Assembly (NCBI GenBank): GCA_014905635.1
Contig: JABVCE010000010.1
Location: 1-64,000 of the forward strand
Source of the DNA: Scenedesmus sp. PABB004
Taxonomy: Eukaryota
Direction of reading: 5' to 3'
DNA length: 64,000 nt
A program made the position numbers and the translations under genes. Positions 11,180 through 22,186 of this stretch are shown here, one piece after another. Numbering within the stretch: the first letter of the stretch is position 1; each line of letters starts with the position of its first letter. The notes under the pieces are model-generated. The model worked only from the letters and a program-made list of their open reading frames with translations, did no database searches and was not told the origin of the DNA.

Positions 11180-12826
11180 ATGGAGGCTGCGCGCGGCCTG
11201 CTGGCCCGCGTGCGCGCACGCGCGGCGCCGGCGGCACCGGCGCAGCGGCAGCAGGCCGGCGGGCCGAGCCACCTGATTGTGCTCGTGAACGGCCTGTTTG
11301 GCGGCCCCGCCAACTGGGACGTCACGTGCGACGCGCTGCGGCGGGAGCTGCCGGCCGCGGTGCTGCTCCACCCGTCCGCCGTAAACACTCGGTTCGCCAC
11401 CTACGACGGCATAGACGTGTGCGGCGCGCGGCTGGCCGACGAGGTGCGCGGCGTGGTGGCGGCGCACCCGTCGCTGACGCGGCTCAGCATCGTCGCGCAC
11501 AGCATGGGCGGCCTCATCGCGCGGCATGCGCTCGGCGCGCTGTACAACCCCGGGTTAGGGACGGTGTGCGGCCTGGCGCCGGCGCACTTTGTCAGCATCG
11601 CGAGCCCCCACCTCGGCTGCGACGCAGACGGCGTCGCGCAGGTGCCGTTTGTGGGGTGGACTGGCGGGCTGCCCCTGCTGGGTGGCCCCCTCTACCGGCT
11701 GCTGGCCGACATCGCGGGGCCGACCGCGTCGCTGATCTTCCGCGCCACGGGGCGGCAGTTTTTCATGCTCGACGGCACCACCACCACCACGCGCGGCGGC
11801 GCCGACGCCGGCACGGCCCGCCTGCCGCTGCTGCTGCAGCTGACCATGGACTGCCCCGACCGCGGCCTCTATTTCTACTCAGCCCTCACGAGCTTTGAGA
11901 GCCGCACCTGCTACGCGAACACAGGTGCGGACGCCGCGCGCGCAGCAGGCTCAGCGCCGGCTGCACAGCCTCCGACCCCCGACCCCCCCCCCCCTCCCCG
12001 CTGCGCAGACGGCGACCACCTCGTGGGGTGGGCCAACTCCTCGCTGCGCGCGCTCGCGGAGCTGCCGCCGCTGCCGCCGACGGCGTCGGCCGCCAAGGGC
12101 GTGGTGCTGGAGGACCCGCTGGCGGCGGCGTTCTTCCCGCACACCTGGCGCGCTCTGCAGGCGGCCTGGCAGCAGCAGCAGCAGCAGCAGGACGGGGAGA
12201 AAGGCAGCCTGGCCGCCGCCGCGGCAGCTGCGATCAGTCAGCCGTGCCAGCCCAGCACGGCGTGGCGCCAGGCTCCCCAGCACAGCGGTGCCGGCTGGCA
12301 CGAGCTGCAGAACGGTCGAGGCGGCGCGGCGGCGTCAGCGCAGCCGGCGGCCACCCCTGCGGAGAGCGGCGATGAGCTGGTGGCGCTCGCGCCCGCGCGC
12401 GGCGGCCCCGCCGACGCCGACGCCGACGGCGCAGCGCCCGCGGACGCCGTGCCAGCTGCGGCGGCGGCCGCCGCCGAGCAGGACCTGGCGGCGGGCCTGG
12501 GGGGCCGGGGCACGCCCGCGGCGGCCCGCGGCGACGCGGACGGCCGTGCGGCGCTGTTGGCGCGCATGCTGTCCAGGCTGCAGGAGCTGCCCTGGCGGCG
12601 CGTCGACGTCTCGTTCAGCGGCGCGCGGTGGGGGCTGCCGCACAACAACATCCAGGTCACGCGACGCTGGCTCAATTTCGAGGGCGCCGCCGTGCCTGCG
12701 CACGTCGCGCGCGAGCTCGCCCTGCTCGAGGCGCTCGCGGCGCCTGCGGCGCCGGCGGCAGCGGCGGCCGGCGAGGTGGCGGCAGCGGCGGCCGGCGAGG
12801 CGGGCGGGCGAGCCACGGGCCTGTGA
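11180..12826 (+). CDS. DUF676 / putative serine esterase (alpha/beta hydrolase); 2 exons
   Basis: HLIVLVNGLFG, TYDGIDVCGARLA, SIVAHSMGGLIAR, FVSIASPHLG, YANT-DGDHLVGW and C-terminal WRRVDVSF...HNNIQV. Intron ~11925-12008. Confidence 0.9.
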   Translation: MEAARGLLARVRARAAPAAPAQRQQAGGPSHLIVLVNGLFGGPANWDVTCDALRRELPAAVLLHPSAVNTRFATYDGIDVCGARLADEVRGVVAAHPSLTRLSIVAHSMGGLIARHALGALYNPGLGTVCGLAPAHFVSIASPHLGCDADGVAQVPFVGWTGGLPLLGGPLYRLLADIAGPTASLIFRATGRQFFMLDGTTTTTRGGADAGTARLPLLLQLTMDCPDRGLYFYSALTSFESRTCYANTGADAARAAGSAPAAQPPTPDPPPPPRCADGDHLVGWANSSLRALAELPPLPPTASAAKGVVLEDPLAAAFFPHTWRALQAAWQQQQQQQDGEKGSLAAAAAAAISQPCQPSTAWRQAPQHSGAGWHELQNGRGGAAASAQPAATPAESGDELVALAPARGGPADADADGAAPADAVPAAAAAAAEQDLAAGLGGRGTPAAARGDADGRAALLARMLSRLQELPWRRVDVSFSGARWGLPHNNIQVTRRWLNFEGAAVPAHVARELALLEALAAPAAPAAAAAGEVAAAAAGEAGGRATGL

Positions 12827-13054
12827 CGCTTTGAGGGTTTGACCGCGCTCAGCCCCGCGGGTCAAAAGCCCGCTCGCGCGTTCAGTGCCCGCACTCCGCC
12901 CGCGCTCAACGTTGCGGCCCGCAGCCCCGCCCCTCCACCCGGCCTGCACCCACCCCGCCCAGCCGCCGTGTGCCGAGCAGTGCAGCCTGCGTGCAGCAGC
13001 GCGCCGCGCTCCGCCGCCGCCCCTGGGCCACCCGTCGCCCGCACGACCGGGCGC

Positions 13055-14357
13055 ATGGCGGTCGTCGACGCTTCACAGTCCCTGGAAGCCGCCGCGCTGC
13101 AGCCCTACGCCCACCAGGCGCGCGGCAGCGCGGCGCGGCCGGCAGCAGCGGCGGCGCGCGGCGCCCCCGATCACGCGCGCGCCGCGCGGCCGCAGGTCGG
13201 TGGGCACGGCGAGACGGACGGCCTGCCGTCGACCCTGGCCGACGGCGCGGGCCGCTTCCTCAAGAAGCTGCAGGCCGGGGAGCGGGGGCGGCGCGAGGCC
13301 GCCTTCTACGCCGCGGTGGAGCAGCAGCGCACAGCGCCCGCGGCAAGCTGCGGCGGCGGCCTCCTGCAGCAGCTGGCAGCGTGGGTGCCGCGGAGCTGTG
13401 CGTGCGTGCGCGGCACGCCGCGCGTGCGCGCCGCGCGGGGAGCGCTCCGCGGCGTGACGCGCCGTGCGTGCCCCGCAGACGGCGTGCGGTGTGTGGGTGG
13501 CGCCGACTACCTGGTGCTGGACGACGTGGCGGCCGGCTACGCGCAGCCCTGCCTGCTCGACGTCAAGGTGCGCCGCGCCCCTGCGCGCTGCACGCAGCGC
13601 GCCTGGCCCGCCGCAGCTGATGCCGCCGCGGCCTGCCGCCCGCCCCCGCGCGCCGCCAGCTCGGCCTCCGCACCTGGTACCCGTGGGCCAGCGACGAGCT
13701 GCAGCGCAAGTGCAGGCGCGTGCGGCGCGGCGCGGCGCGCGCGGCGGCGGCGCAGAAATGGCTCAGCGCCCGCACCGCCCGCCGCGTGCGCAGGGAGAAG
13801 GACGGCAGCACGACGCAGGCGGCCCTGGGCTTCCGCGTGTGTGGTGGCCTCTCGCACAACAGCGTCACGGGCGCCACGTGGCGCGTGGACAGGCACTGGG
13901 GCAAGCAGCTGACGCCCGCCAGCGTGCAGCAGGCGTTCCTGCACTTTGCCGACAACGGTGGGCCGCCGCCGCGGGTCCCGCCCACGCCGCCCACGCCGCA
14001 GCGCGCGCGGCGCGACGCCCCCCCCCCTCCCCCGCGCCCCCCGCAGGACGGCTGAGCCTCGCGCAGCTGGTGCACGGCCCTGGCATGCTGCTCGAGCAGC
14101 TGCGCGGCCTCGCGGACGCGCTCGCGGCGCAGCCGGGCTGGCACCTCTTCTCCTCCTCCGCGCTGCTCATCTACGACGGCGCCGCCGCGACGCCGGCCGA
14201 GGCGCGGCCGCGGGCGTGGCTCATCGACTTTGCACACGCGTTTGCGCCCGCGCCGCACGGCCCTGCGCCGCCGACGCGCGACGACAACGTGCTCGCCGGC
14301 CTCGCTGGCCTCGCCGCCGCGCTGGAGCAGGCGGCGGGGGTAACGCCTGGGAGCTGA
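13055..14357 (+). CDS. IPK2: Inositol polyphosphate multikinase (IPK2/IPMK family); 6 exons
   Basis: HQVGGH, PCLLDVKLGLRTW (PxxxDxKxG), LGFRVCG, SSALLIYD and LIDFAH. Five introns, two of them GC-AG (13118-13195, 13716-13793). Confidence 0.92.
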
Positions 14358-14560
14358 CCTGCGGTCGCGGCTGGCCGCGTGCGCGCCGTCGCGCACCACG
14401 ACGTCAGCCAGCAGCGCGGTCTGGCGGTGCGCTGCGCCGCGGCGGCGCAGGCGCGCCGCTGCGCGCGTCATTGGTGGCAGCGTGCGCAGGCCGCTTTCCC
14501 AGAACTCTATCAGACCACACCGGCTGCCCCAGCGCCCGCATCGACCACAGACAGGACGCG

Positions 14561-15811
14561 ATGGCGCCCCTCGTCGCGCGCACGAGTGTGCGGGCCGCGC
14601 CCTTCTCCACGGGGGCCGCCCGCACCACGCGCGCCGTGAGCGTCGTGTGCTCCGCGCGTAAGCCCGAGCAGGCGCCGAGCAGCAGGAGGTGCGGACAGCA
14701 GGGCCGCTCCCCGCCTCACAGCGAGGCCCAGGCGCAGCGCCTGTGGGCGCGGGCGACGGCACCAGCTCCGTGGATTGCCTGGGCCCACCGCGCGAGCAGC
14801 GCGTCTCGCCGTCGCCGCCGCGCCGCCGCCGCCGCTGCCGACCGCTGCTGCCGCGCGCGCCGGGCCGCGCCGCACGCCAGGGAGTTCATGCTCAACGGCG
14901 TCAACGTGGCGGTGCTGGGCTCGCTGTTCACCTGGGGCGCGGTGCCGCGGCCGGACACGCTGGGCGTGCAGAGCTACGGCGCCGTCAAGACGCTCGGGCT
15001 GTGCCCGCCGACGCCCAACTGCATCAGCACGGCGGAGGAGCTGAACGACCCGGAGCACTACGTGCCCGCGTGGACGTACAACCCCGAGGACGGCCGCGGG
15101 CGCAAGGGCCCGATCACCCAGGAGCAGGCCATGGACGAGCTGGCCGAGGTCGTCGCGAGCATCAAGCCCGACAAGTGTGGAGCCGGGCGCTGCGGCTGCG
15201 CAGCCGCTGGGCTGCTGCTGCGCAGCCGCTGCGTCCCCCGCGCCGAGCGCCGCGCCGGCTGCGCGCCGCCAGGTTTGAGCCCAAGGTCGTGTCGCGCAGC
15301 AAGGACTACCTGTACGCCGAGTTCCAGAGCCCCACGTTCGGGGTGCGCGCGCGCAGCGGGGGGCGCGCACAGCGCGGGGCGCGCACAGTGCGGGCACGGC
15401 AGCACCACGCCACTGAGAGCTGCCCCCCCCTGCCCCTCCCCCCTCAGTTCATCGACGACGTCGAGTTTTACTTCCCGCCCGGCGACCGCTCCGTGGTCGA
15501 GTACCGCAGGTGCCGCCGCGGCAGCCCGCGCCAGACGCCGCCCAGCGCCCGCACGTGCGCGCGTGCGTGCTCACGCCCCGCCGCCGCCCACACCGCCCGC
15601 CGCCGCCGCTCCACCAGCGCGAGCCGCATCGGCGAGAGCGACGGCAACATCAACCGCAAGCGCATCAAGGCCATCCGCCAGGCGCTCGAGAAGAAGGGCT
15701 GGGCCACCACGGGTGCGGGCGGGGCGCTCGCCGCGCGCGGGGCCGGCCCGCCGCTCCGCCGAGCCGCGCCGCTCACCGCCCGCGCCGCCACGTGCGCGCG
15801 CAGGCTACTGA
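14561..15811 (+). CDS. DUF1499 family chloroplast/thylakoid protein; 6 exons
   Basis: Transit peptide, LGLCPPTPNCIST, YLYAEFQSPTFGFIDDVEFYF and VEYRSASRIGESDGNINRKRI. Five GT-AG introns; the last exon codes only GY*. Confidence 0.9.
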   Translation: MAPLVARTSVRAAPFSTGAARTTRAVSVVCSARKPEQAPSSRRCGQQGRSPPHSEAQAQRLWARATAPAPWIAWAHRASSASRRRRRAAAAAADRCCRARRAAPHAREFMLNGVNVAVLGSLFTWGAVPRPDTLGVQSYGAVKTLGLCPPTPNCISTAEELNDPEHYVPAWTYNPEDGRGRKGPITQEQAMDELAEVVASIKPDKCGAGRCGCAAAGLLLRSRCVPRAERRAGCAPPGLSPRSCRAARTTCTPSSRAPRSGCARAAGGAHSAGRAQCGHGSTTPLRAAPPCPSPLSSSTTSSFTSRPATAPWSSTAGAAAAARARRRPAPARARVRAHAPPPPTPPAAAAPPARAASARATATSTASASRPSARRSRRRAGPPRVRAGRSPRAGPARRSAEPRRSPPAPPRARAGY

Positions 15812-16155
15812 GCGGAGTGCGGCGAGCAGCAGGCGCGGGGCGGCCGTGTGCCTTTGCAACTCACCAGGCCACGCTCGCTGAACGAAGAGCGATTGCTCGC
15901 GCCCGGCCCGCAGAGCGCCCGGCCCGCCACGCGCGACTGCGCCGCCGCCGCGCCCCAAACCGCCGCCGCCGCGCTTGCCCGCAAACTCGTTCCGGCGCGC
16001 AGCCGGCACATCAGCGCTGCGTGATCGGCGCAGCCGCTCCGCTAGCCGCTCCGCGAATTGCAGAGCAGCACGTGATGGCGCCCCGGCAGCAGCCGGCCCG
16101 CAGCGGGCTCTAAATCTTCAATCCCGCGCGCCGTCGCGCGGCCGTTTAAGCCAGC

Positions 16156-19100
16156 ATGGCCTACACCAACGGCGGCGGCGAGGCGGTGCCCCTGCTGCCG
16201 CCGGGCGAGGCCGGCAGGCCGGCCGAGCCGAAGCGGCGCAGCACGCTGCTCAGCGTCTGCCCCTTCATCCTGGGTGAGGCGCCGCGACTCGCGCGAGATT
16301 ATGGCGGCCGCGCGGCGCCGTGCGCGCGCCGCAGCGCCGGCGGCGGCTGCGGCGGCGGGCCGCGCCGTCGCGCCAGCAGCGGCGGCGGCTGCGGCGGCGG
16401 GCCGCGCCGTCGCGCCAGCAGCGGCGAGCTGGATGGACGGCACACGGCAGCGCGCGCGCGCGGTGGCCCCTTCCGCGCTCACCTCGCCGCCCGCGCCGCC
16501 GCCGCCGCCCGCTGCCGCGCGCTCAGGCAACGAGTTCTGCGAGCGGTGCGTGGCCGCTCGCTGCGCGGCCGGCGCGTGGCAGGGCAGCTCAGGAGGATCG
16601 CGCGGCGGCAGCAGCCGCCGCGGCGCGGCGTGCTGACGCCCCTCTCCCCCGCCCTCGCCCACCCCCCTCGCTCCCCGTGCTGCCGCCAGGCTCGCGTACT
16701 ACGGGCTGGCCACCAACTTTGTGACCTACCTGACCCACATCATGGGCGTCGACGCCGCGACGGCGGCGATCGAGGTCATGGTGTTTGAGGGCACCTGCTA
16801 CGTGACGCCGCTGCTGGGCGCGTACCTCGCGGACAGCCACTGGGGGCGCTACGCCACGATCCTGGTGTTCAGCGTCATCTACCTCCTCGGCATGGTCGCG
16901 CTCACGCTCACGAGCTGGCTCCCGGGGCTCACGCCGCGCGTGGGCGAGGACGCGAGCGTGCTGCAGAACGCGGCGCTCTTTGGCGCGCTCGGCGTCATCG
17001 CGCTCGGCACGGGCGGCATCAAGCCCAACGTCAGCGCGTTTGGCGCGGACCAGTTTGACGAGAAAAACCCGCAGGCGCGCGACGCGGCGGCGGCGCGGCG
17101 GCCGCGCCTGAGCGCGCCCGCGCGCGCCCTCCTGCCCGCCCGCCCGACCCCGCGCGCCCCGCGGCCTGCCGGCCGCGCCCTGCCGTGTGGCCGCGCAGGA
17201 CAAGGTTGAGAAGCAGAGCTTCTTCAACTACTTTTACCTCGCCATCAACCTGGGCAGCCTCATCGCCTGCACCGCGGTGGTGTACGTGCAGGACGCGGTG
17301 TCGTGGAGCCTCGGCTTTGCGCTGCCCGCCGCCGCGATGGCCGTCGCGGTGCTGCTCTTCCTCGCCGGCGGGCGGCGCTACCGGCACGTCGCGCCGACCG
17401 AGTCGCCCATGGCGCGCGTGGTCAAGGTCGTCGCGGCGGCGCTCAGCAACCGCTGGCGCAGCCGCCGCGGCGGCGCGTCCGCCGCGGTCAAGGTGCTGCC
17501 CGCGGTGCCGGGCGGCGGCGGCGACAGCGACGACGACCTCGACGCCGCGCCGTACGGCCGGCCCGCGCCCGGCCCGGGCCGCCTGCACCCGGGCGCGGGC
17601 GCGGTGCGGCGGCACGGCGCGAGCGCGATGGGCCGCCACGCGCCCGGCGGCGGCGGCGGCAGCGCGGGCAGCAGCAGCTACCGGTGGCTGGAGGACGCGA
17701 TCACGGAGTGGCAGACCAGCCAGGGCCAGCTCGTGCGCGCGGGCGGCGGCAGCGGCGGCGGCGGCGGCAGCGGCGGCGCGGGCGGGTACAGCCCGCAGCA
17801 GGTTGAGGAGGTGAAGCTCGTGCTGCGCCTGCTGCCCGTGTTTGGCACGACCATGCTCTACTGGACCATCTACGGCATGATGGGTAGCATGTTTGTGCAG
17901 CAGGGCACGCTCATGGACAACGCGGTGGCCCTGCCGGGCGGCTGGACGCTGCGCGTGCCCGCCGCGACGATGGCGCTGTTCAACACCGGCGCCATCATCC
18001 TCCTTGTGCCCCTCTACGACTCGGTCTTCGAGCCAGCCCTGCGCCGCGCGGGCGTGCGCTGGACGATGCTGCGACGCATCGGTGCGCCGCCGCGCGGGCC
18101 TCGCTGCGCGCGGCCGGCGCGCGCGCAGCGCGCGGGCGGGCGCGCCGGCGGGCGGCTGGGGCGCGCACCCAGCGCGGTGCCTGCGCAGCGCCGCCGCGCG
18201 CGCCTCCCGACCCCGCCGCGCCTCCCGACCCCGCCCCGCCCGCGCCGCGCCGCCCAGGCTGGGGCATGGTCGTCGCGGTGCTGGCGATGCTGTACAGCGC
18301 GGGCGTGGAGGCGTGGCGGCTCTCCATCTACCGCGCGGGCGCGAACAACCACGACGGCGGTGGCGGCGACAGCGGCGGGTACGGCCCCGCGGTGGTGCCG
18401 CTGAGCATCATGTGGCAGGCGCCCGCGTACGTGCTGGTGGGCGCGAGCGAGGTGCTCGCGTCCATCGCGCAGCTGGAGTTCTTCTACGACCAGGTGGGCC
18501 GGCTGGGGGTGGGGGGCGCGCGCGCAGGGGGGCGGAGGGGGCGCCGCGTGGCGCGCGCGCGCGGGCGGCGGTCCTCGACAGGCAGGGCTGGCGGCCCCCG
18601 GGCGCGCCCCGACGCCCCCCTCCCGACACCCCCGCCCCGCCCCCGCAGGCGCCGGACGTGATGCGCAGCTGCAGCATGGCGCTGCAGCTGCTGAGCACGG
18701 CGCTGGGGTCGTACCTCGGCGGCGGCCTCGTCGCCGCGGTCGCGGCGCTGAGCGTCGCGGGCGGCGCGCCGTGGCTGCCCAAGGACCTCAACGCGGGGCA
18801 CCTCGACTACTTCCTGCTGCTCTGCGGCGGCCTCATGGCCGCCAACACCGCCCTCTTCGCCCTCGTGGCGCTGGGGTACGAGTACAAGACCGTGGAGCAC
18901 GTCACGCTCGTGCAGGTCCCGGACGACGACGACGGCGACGCCGGCGTGGCGCCGGCGCCGCCGAGCGCGCCGCGCCCGCCGCGGCCGCCGCGGCCGCCCG
19001 GCGCGCCCGCGCCGGGCGCGGCGATCACCATCAACGCGCCGCCGGGGCGGCGCGGCCAGTTCCACTACGCCGCCGCGGCGGACGACGAGGAGGGCGGCCT

Positions 19101-19161
19101 CTACTCGCGCTCCCTCGCCTTTGTGCCGCCCAGCCCCGCGCTGCCCGCGCCGTTCAGGTAG
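16156..19161 (+). CDS. NPF/PTR2 (POT) proton-coupled nitrate/peptide transporter; 6 exons
   Basis: GNEFCERLAYYGL, PLLGAYLADSHWGRY, GTGGIKPNVSAFGADQFD, FFNYFYLAINLGS, EFFYDQAPDVMRS and LNAGHLDYF. Confidence 0.95.
16339..16422. repeat. Two perfect tandem copies of a 42-bp unit in NPF intron 1
   Basis: GGCGGCGGCTGCGGCGGCGGGCCGCGCCGTCGCGCCAGCAGC at 16339-16380 and 16381-16422. Confidence 0.85.
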
Positions 19162-19681
19162 CGCGCACGCCGGACCGGACAGCGCACGCCGCGGGCGCGG
19201 CGGCGGGGCACCCTCGCCGCGCGCGCGCGCGCGCGCGCGCTCGCAGCGGCTGTGGGCTGCAGGGAGGGGAGGGGCGTGGGGGGCAGCATCGTATCGCATC
19301 GAGAACCCTGCGCCGAGGGCGCGCGAGTGTGCTGCGGCAGCGTGCTCGGCCTAGGCCGGCGGCCGGCCACGCTCATTGTGTGGTCGGAGGCTGTCGGATC
19401 ATTGCGCTCTTGTGAGGGCGGCGGGGCTCACGGGCGGCGGGGCTCGCGGGCGGCGGGGCGGGGGCCTGCAGGCCGAGCGAGGGCAACGCAACTTCTTACT
19501 CGAGCCTCGCCGCCGCTCCCAGCCCCTGCGCGGCAGCGCCGCGCCGCCGCCGCGGGGCGCCCCGCGGGCTGCTTATTCTGGGGGCGCGCGGCAGCGCTCG
19601 CCAACTCTGGAAAAAGGACTCCTGCAGGCGCTGCAACCCCTGCTCCCGCATCCTGCGCGCCGCCGCCGCCGCTTGGGCCGC

Positions 19682-21893
19682 TCAAACCTGCTGCCAGCCG
19701 CCGTCGCTGCAGCTGCCCACGTCACCGGCCTCGCCGGCGGGCGCCACGTCGAGCGCCAGCACCTCCCCGCCGCCGCCGCCGCTGCCCACGCCCTGCAGGA
19801 TGGGCACCGCCGCAGCGGCAACGAGCTCGAGCGCCTCAACGGCCTGGCCGCCGGCCGCCAGGTCGCCGCTGCTGCCGCCGCTGGGCAGCGCGGCCTGCGG
19901 CTCGCATGCGGCCTCGGGCGCGCCCCCGCCGGCGAGCCGCTCCAGCGACACCGCCGAGTCGCTGCCGGCGTCAGCGACGTGCGCCGACACCTGGCAGCTG
20001 GGCTCCAGCGCGATCAGGCGCACCCCCAGGTTGAGGATCTGGCCCTGCAGGCACGTGAGCGCGTCGTGGGTCGCCGCGTGTTCGCGGGCCACCGCCGCCT
20101 TGGCCTCGGCCGCCTCGGTGCGCGCTGCGCCCAGGCCGGCGTGCAGCCGCTCCACCTCCGCCGCCAGCTGCGTGCTGTCGATCTGCAGCCTCACATTCTC
20201 CGTGCGCAGCCGCGCTACCAGCTCTTGCTCGCAGGCGTCGGGCGCGGCGGCGCGGGGCGCCTCGCCCGCCTGCGCGCCGTCGCCTGCCGCCGCGCCCTCG
20301 ACCTCGCTGACCATGCACCAGTGGGCGCCGCCGCCCCTGCCCTGCTCGCTGCCATCGCAGGTGGCGCTGCCGTCCTCGCTGGCGCTGCCGTCCTCGCTGG
20401 CGCTGCCGTCCTCACTGATGCTGCTGCGCAGCGAGGGCATGCCCTCGCTGCGCGAGGGGCTGTGCAGCCCCTCGCTGACCGTGCTGTCGCTGTCGCTGTC
20501 ATGGTCCCGACCGCTCTCCTGCTCGCCGGGCGGCTGCTCCAGCAGGTCCCAGGCCTCCACGTCGTCCGCGTCCAGGCCCATGGCCGCCAGCGCGCGCGCT
20601 TTGAACGCCTCGGCCGCCTCCTGCGCATGCGCCGCGGGCAGCGCAGGGTGAGGTGAGCCGCGCGGCACACAGGGGCGGGGGGGGGGGATAGCATGCGCCG
20701 TGGCCACTGTGGCCGCCGGGCCGCGGCGCGCGCCTCGGCGCGCTGCGCCTCACGTCGGGGCGTGCCGTGAAGGTCACCGCCTCGCCGCCCACGTGCACGA
20801 CCACGGTCAGCAGCGACCCGCTGCCGCCGCCGTCCGCCGCGCTGGCGGCCGGCACGGCAGCAGCGGGCGGGCCGCGGCGCGGCCGCCGCGGCGCGCGCTG
20901 CAGCGCGGCGGCCAGGGGGCGGCGCGCCGCCGCCAGCAGCAGCACGCCCGCGGCCAGGCCGGCGAGGCCGGCGTGCGCGCGCGCGAGCGGCAGCGCCTGG
21001 CCAGCGCCGGGCGCCGGCGGGCACGGGCAGGGCGCCGGCGCGCTGCACCCGGCCTCCGCGGCCGCCTGCGCCGCGGCCGCGACGCGCTCGGCGCACGCGC
21101 GCTCGGTGTCGGGGGGCGGCCGCGGCGGCGCGGCGGGGTGCAGCGCGCGCAGCTGCGCGCCGAGGCACGCCGTGCCGTGCTGCTCGACTGCCACGACCGC
21201 CGCCGACAGCAGCGCGCTCAGCCGGGCGTCGTAGCTCAGCGCCGCGTCGGCCCACCAGGCGGCGGACTGCGGGGCCGTGCCGCCGGCTGCGCAGGCGTTG
21301 GCGGCCGCGCGGCGCTCGTGGCGCGTGCGGCGCGGCGGCGCGCCCAGCCCGTGCAGGAGCACGCCGGCGCCGTCGTGGCACGCGAACCAGAGGTGCGTCT
21401 CGCCCGTCGCGTTGAGCGAGGCCCGCCACGAGGCGGCATCGTACAGCAGGAGCGCCGTGGACACGTGCCCAGCACCGCGCAGCGCGCCGTCGGCGCCCTC
21501 GAGCAGGCGCGAGAGCTCCGCACACTCCGCGCCGCCTGCGGCGCCGCAGAACTGCGCGGCGGGGGCGGCGCATGCGGGAGCGGCGCTCGCGGCGGGGGCG
21601 GCGCGTGTGGCGGGGGCAGTGCGAGCGGCGCGCGCGGCGGGAGCGGCGTGCAGCGTGAGCAGCGCGCGCCGCGCGCTGTGCCCGCCGCTGCCCGCCGCCG
21701 CCCGGCGCGACCGGGCCGAGTGAGCACGGCACGCGCGCAAGCTCACGCCCAGAAGGTAGAACGACGCGGCCGTGCGCCGTGCGAGGTTGGCGCGCGTGAA
21801 GATCGCGCGCTCGACGCTCGCCGCCGGCGCTGCGCACAGCAGCAGCAGCGCCAGCGCGCCCGACAGGGGCGCGACGCCCGAACCGCGCGCCAT
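19682..21893 (-). CDS. Hypothetical single-pass membrane protein (signal peptide, Cys-containing ectodomain, TM, acidic/coiled-coil tail)
   Basis: MARG...ALALLLLCAAPAAS leader and hydrophobic GLAGLAAGVLLLAAA segment. A phase-0 GT-AG intron (~20753-20621) joins TARPD to EAAEAFK. The tail has SEDGSA repeats and a heptad region. An extra N-terminal intron is possible. Confidence 0.6.
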
Positions 21894-22186
21894 GGCGGCG
21901 GTCACGGGTGTTGGCGAGGCGTGTGCGCGCTGCCGGTGCTCAGGGCGGCGGTGCTGCGCGTGCGGTGCGCGCGCTGCCGCTGCCAGCTCCGGGCGGCGCG
22001 CAGGCGCGTGGGGCGCGTGGGGCGCTCGGGGTGAGAAACGTGGCCGGCACGGGGTCGGGGCGCGGGAGCAGCGTCGCAGCGGCCTCGTGGCGGCCGCGGT
22101 TTGGGGCGCAGCGGCCGCGCCGCACCTGCCGCCGGCCGCACACCCGCCGCGAGCGCATCCCCGAGCCGTCAGTCTCGAGCACCCCG

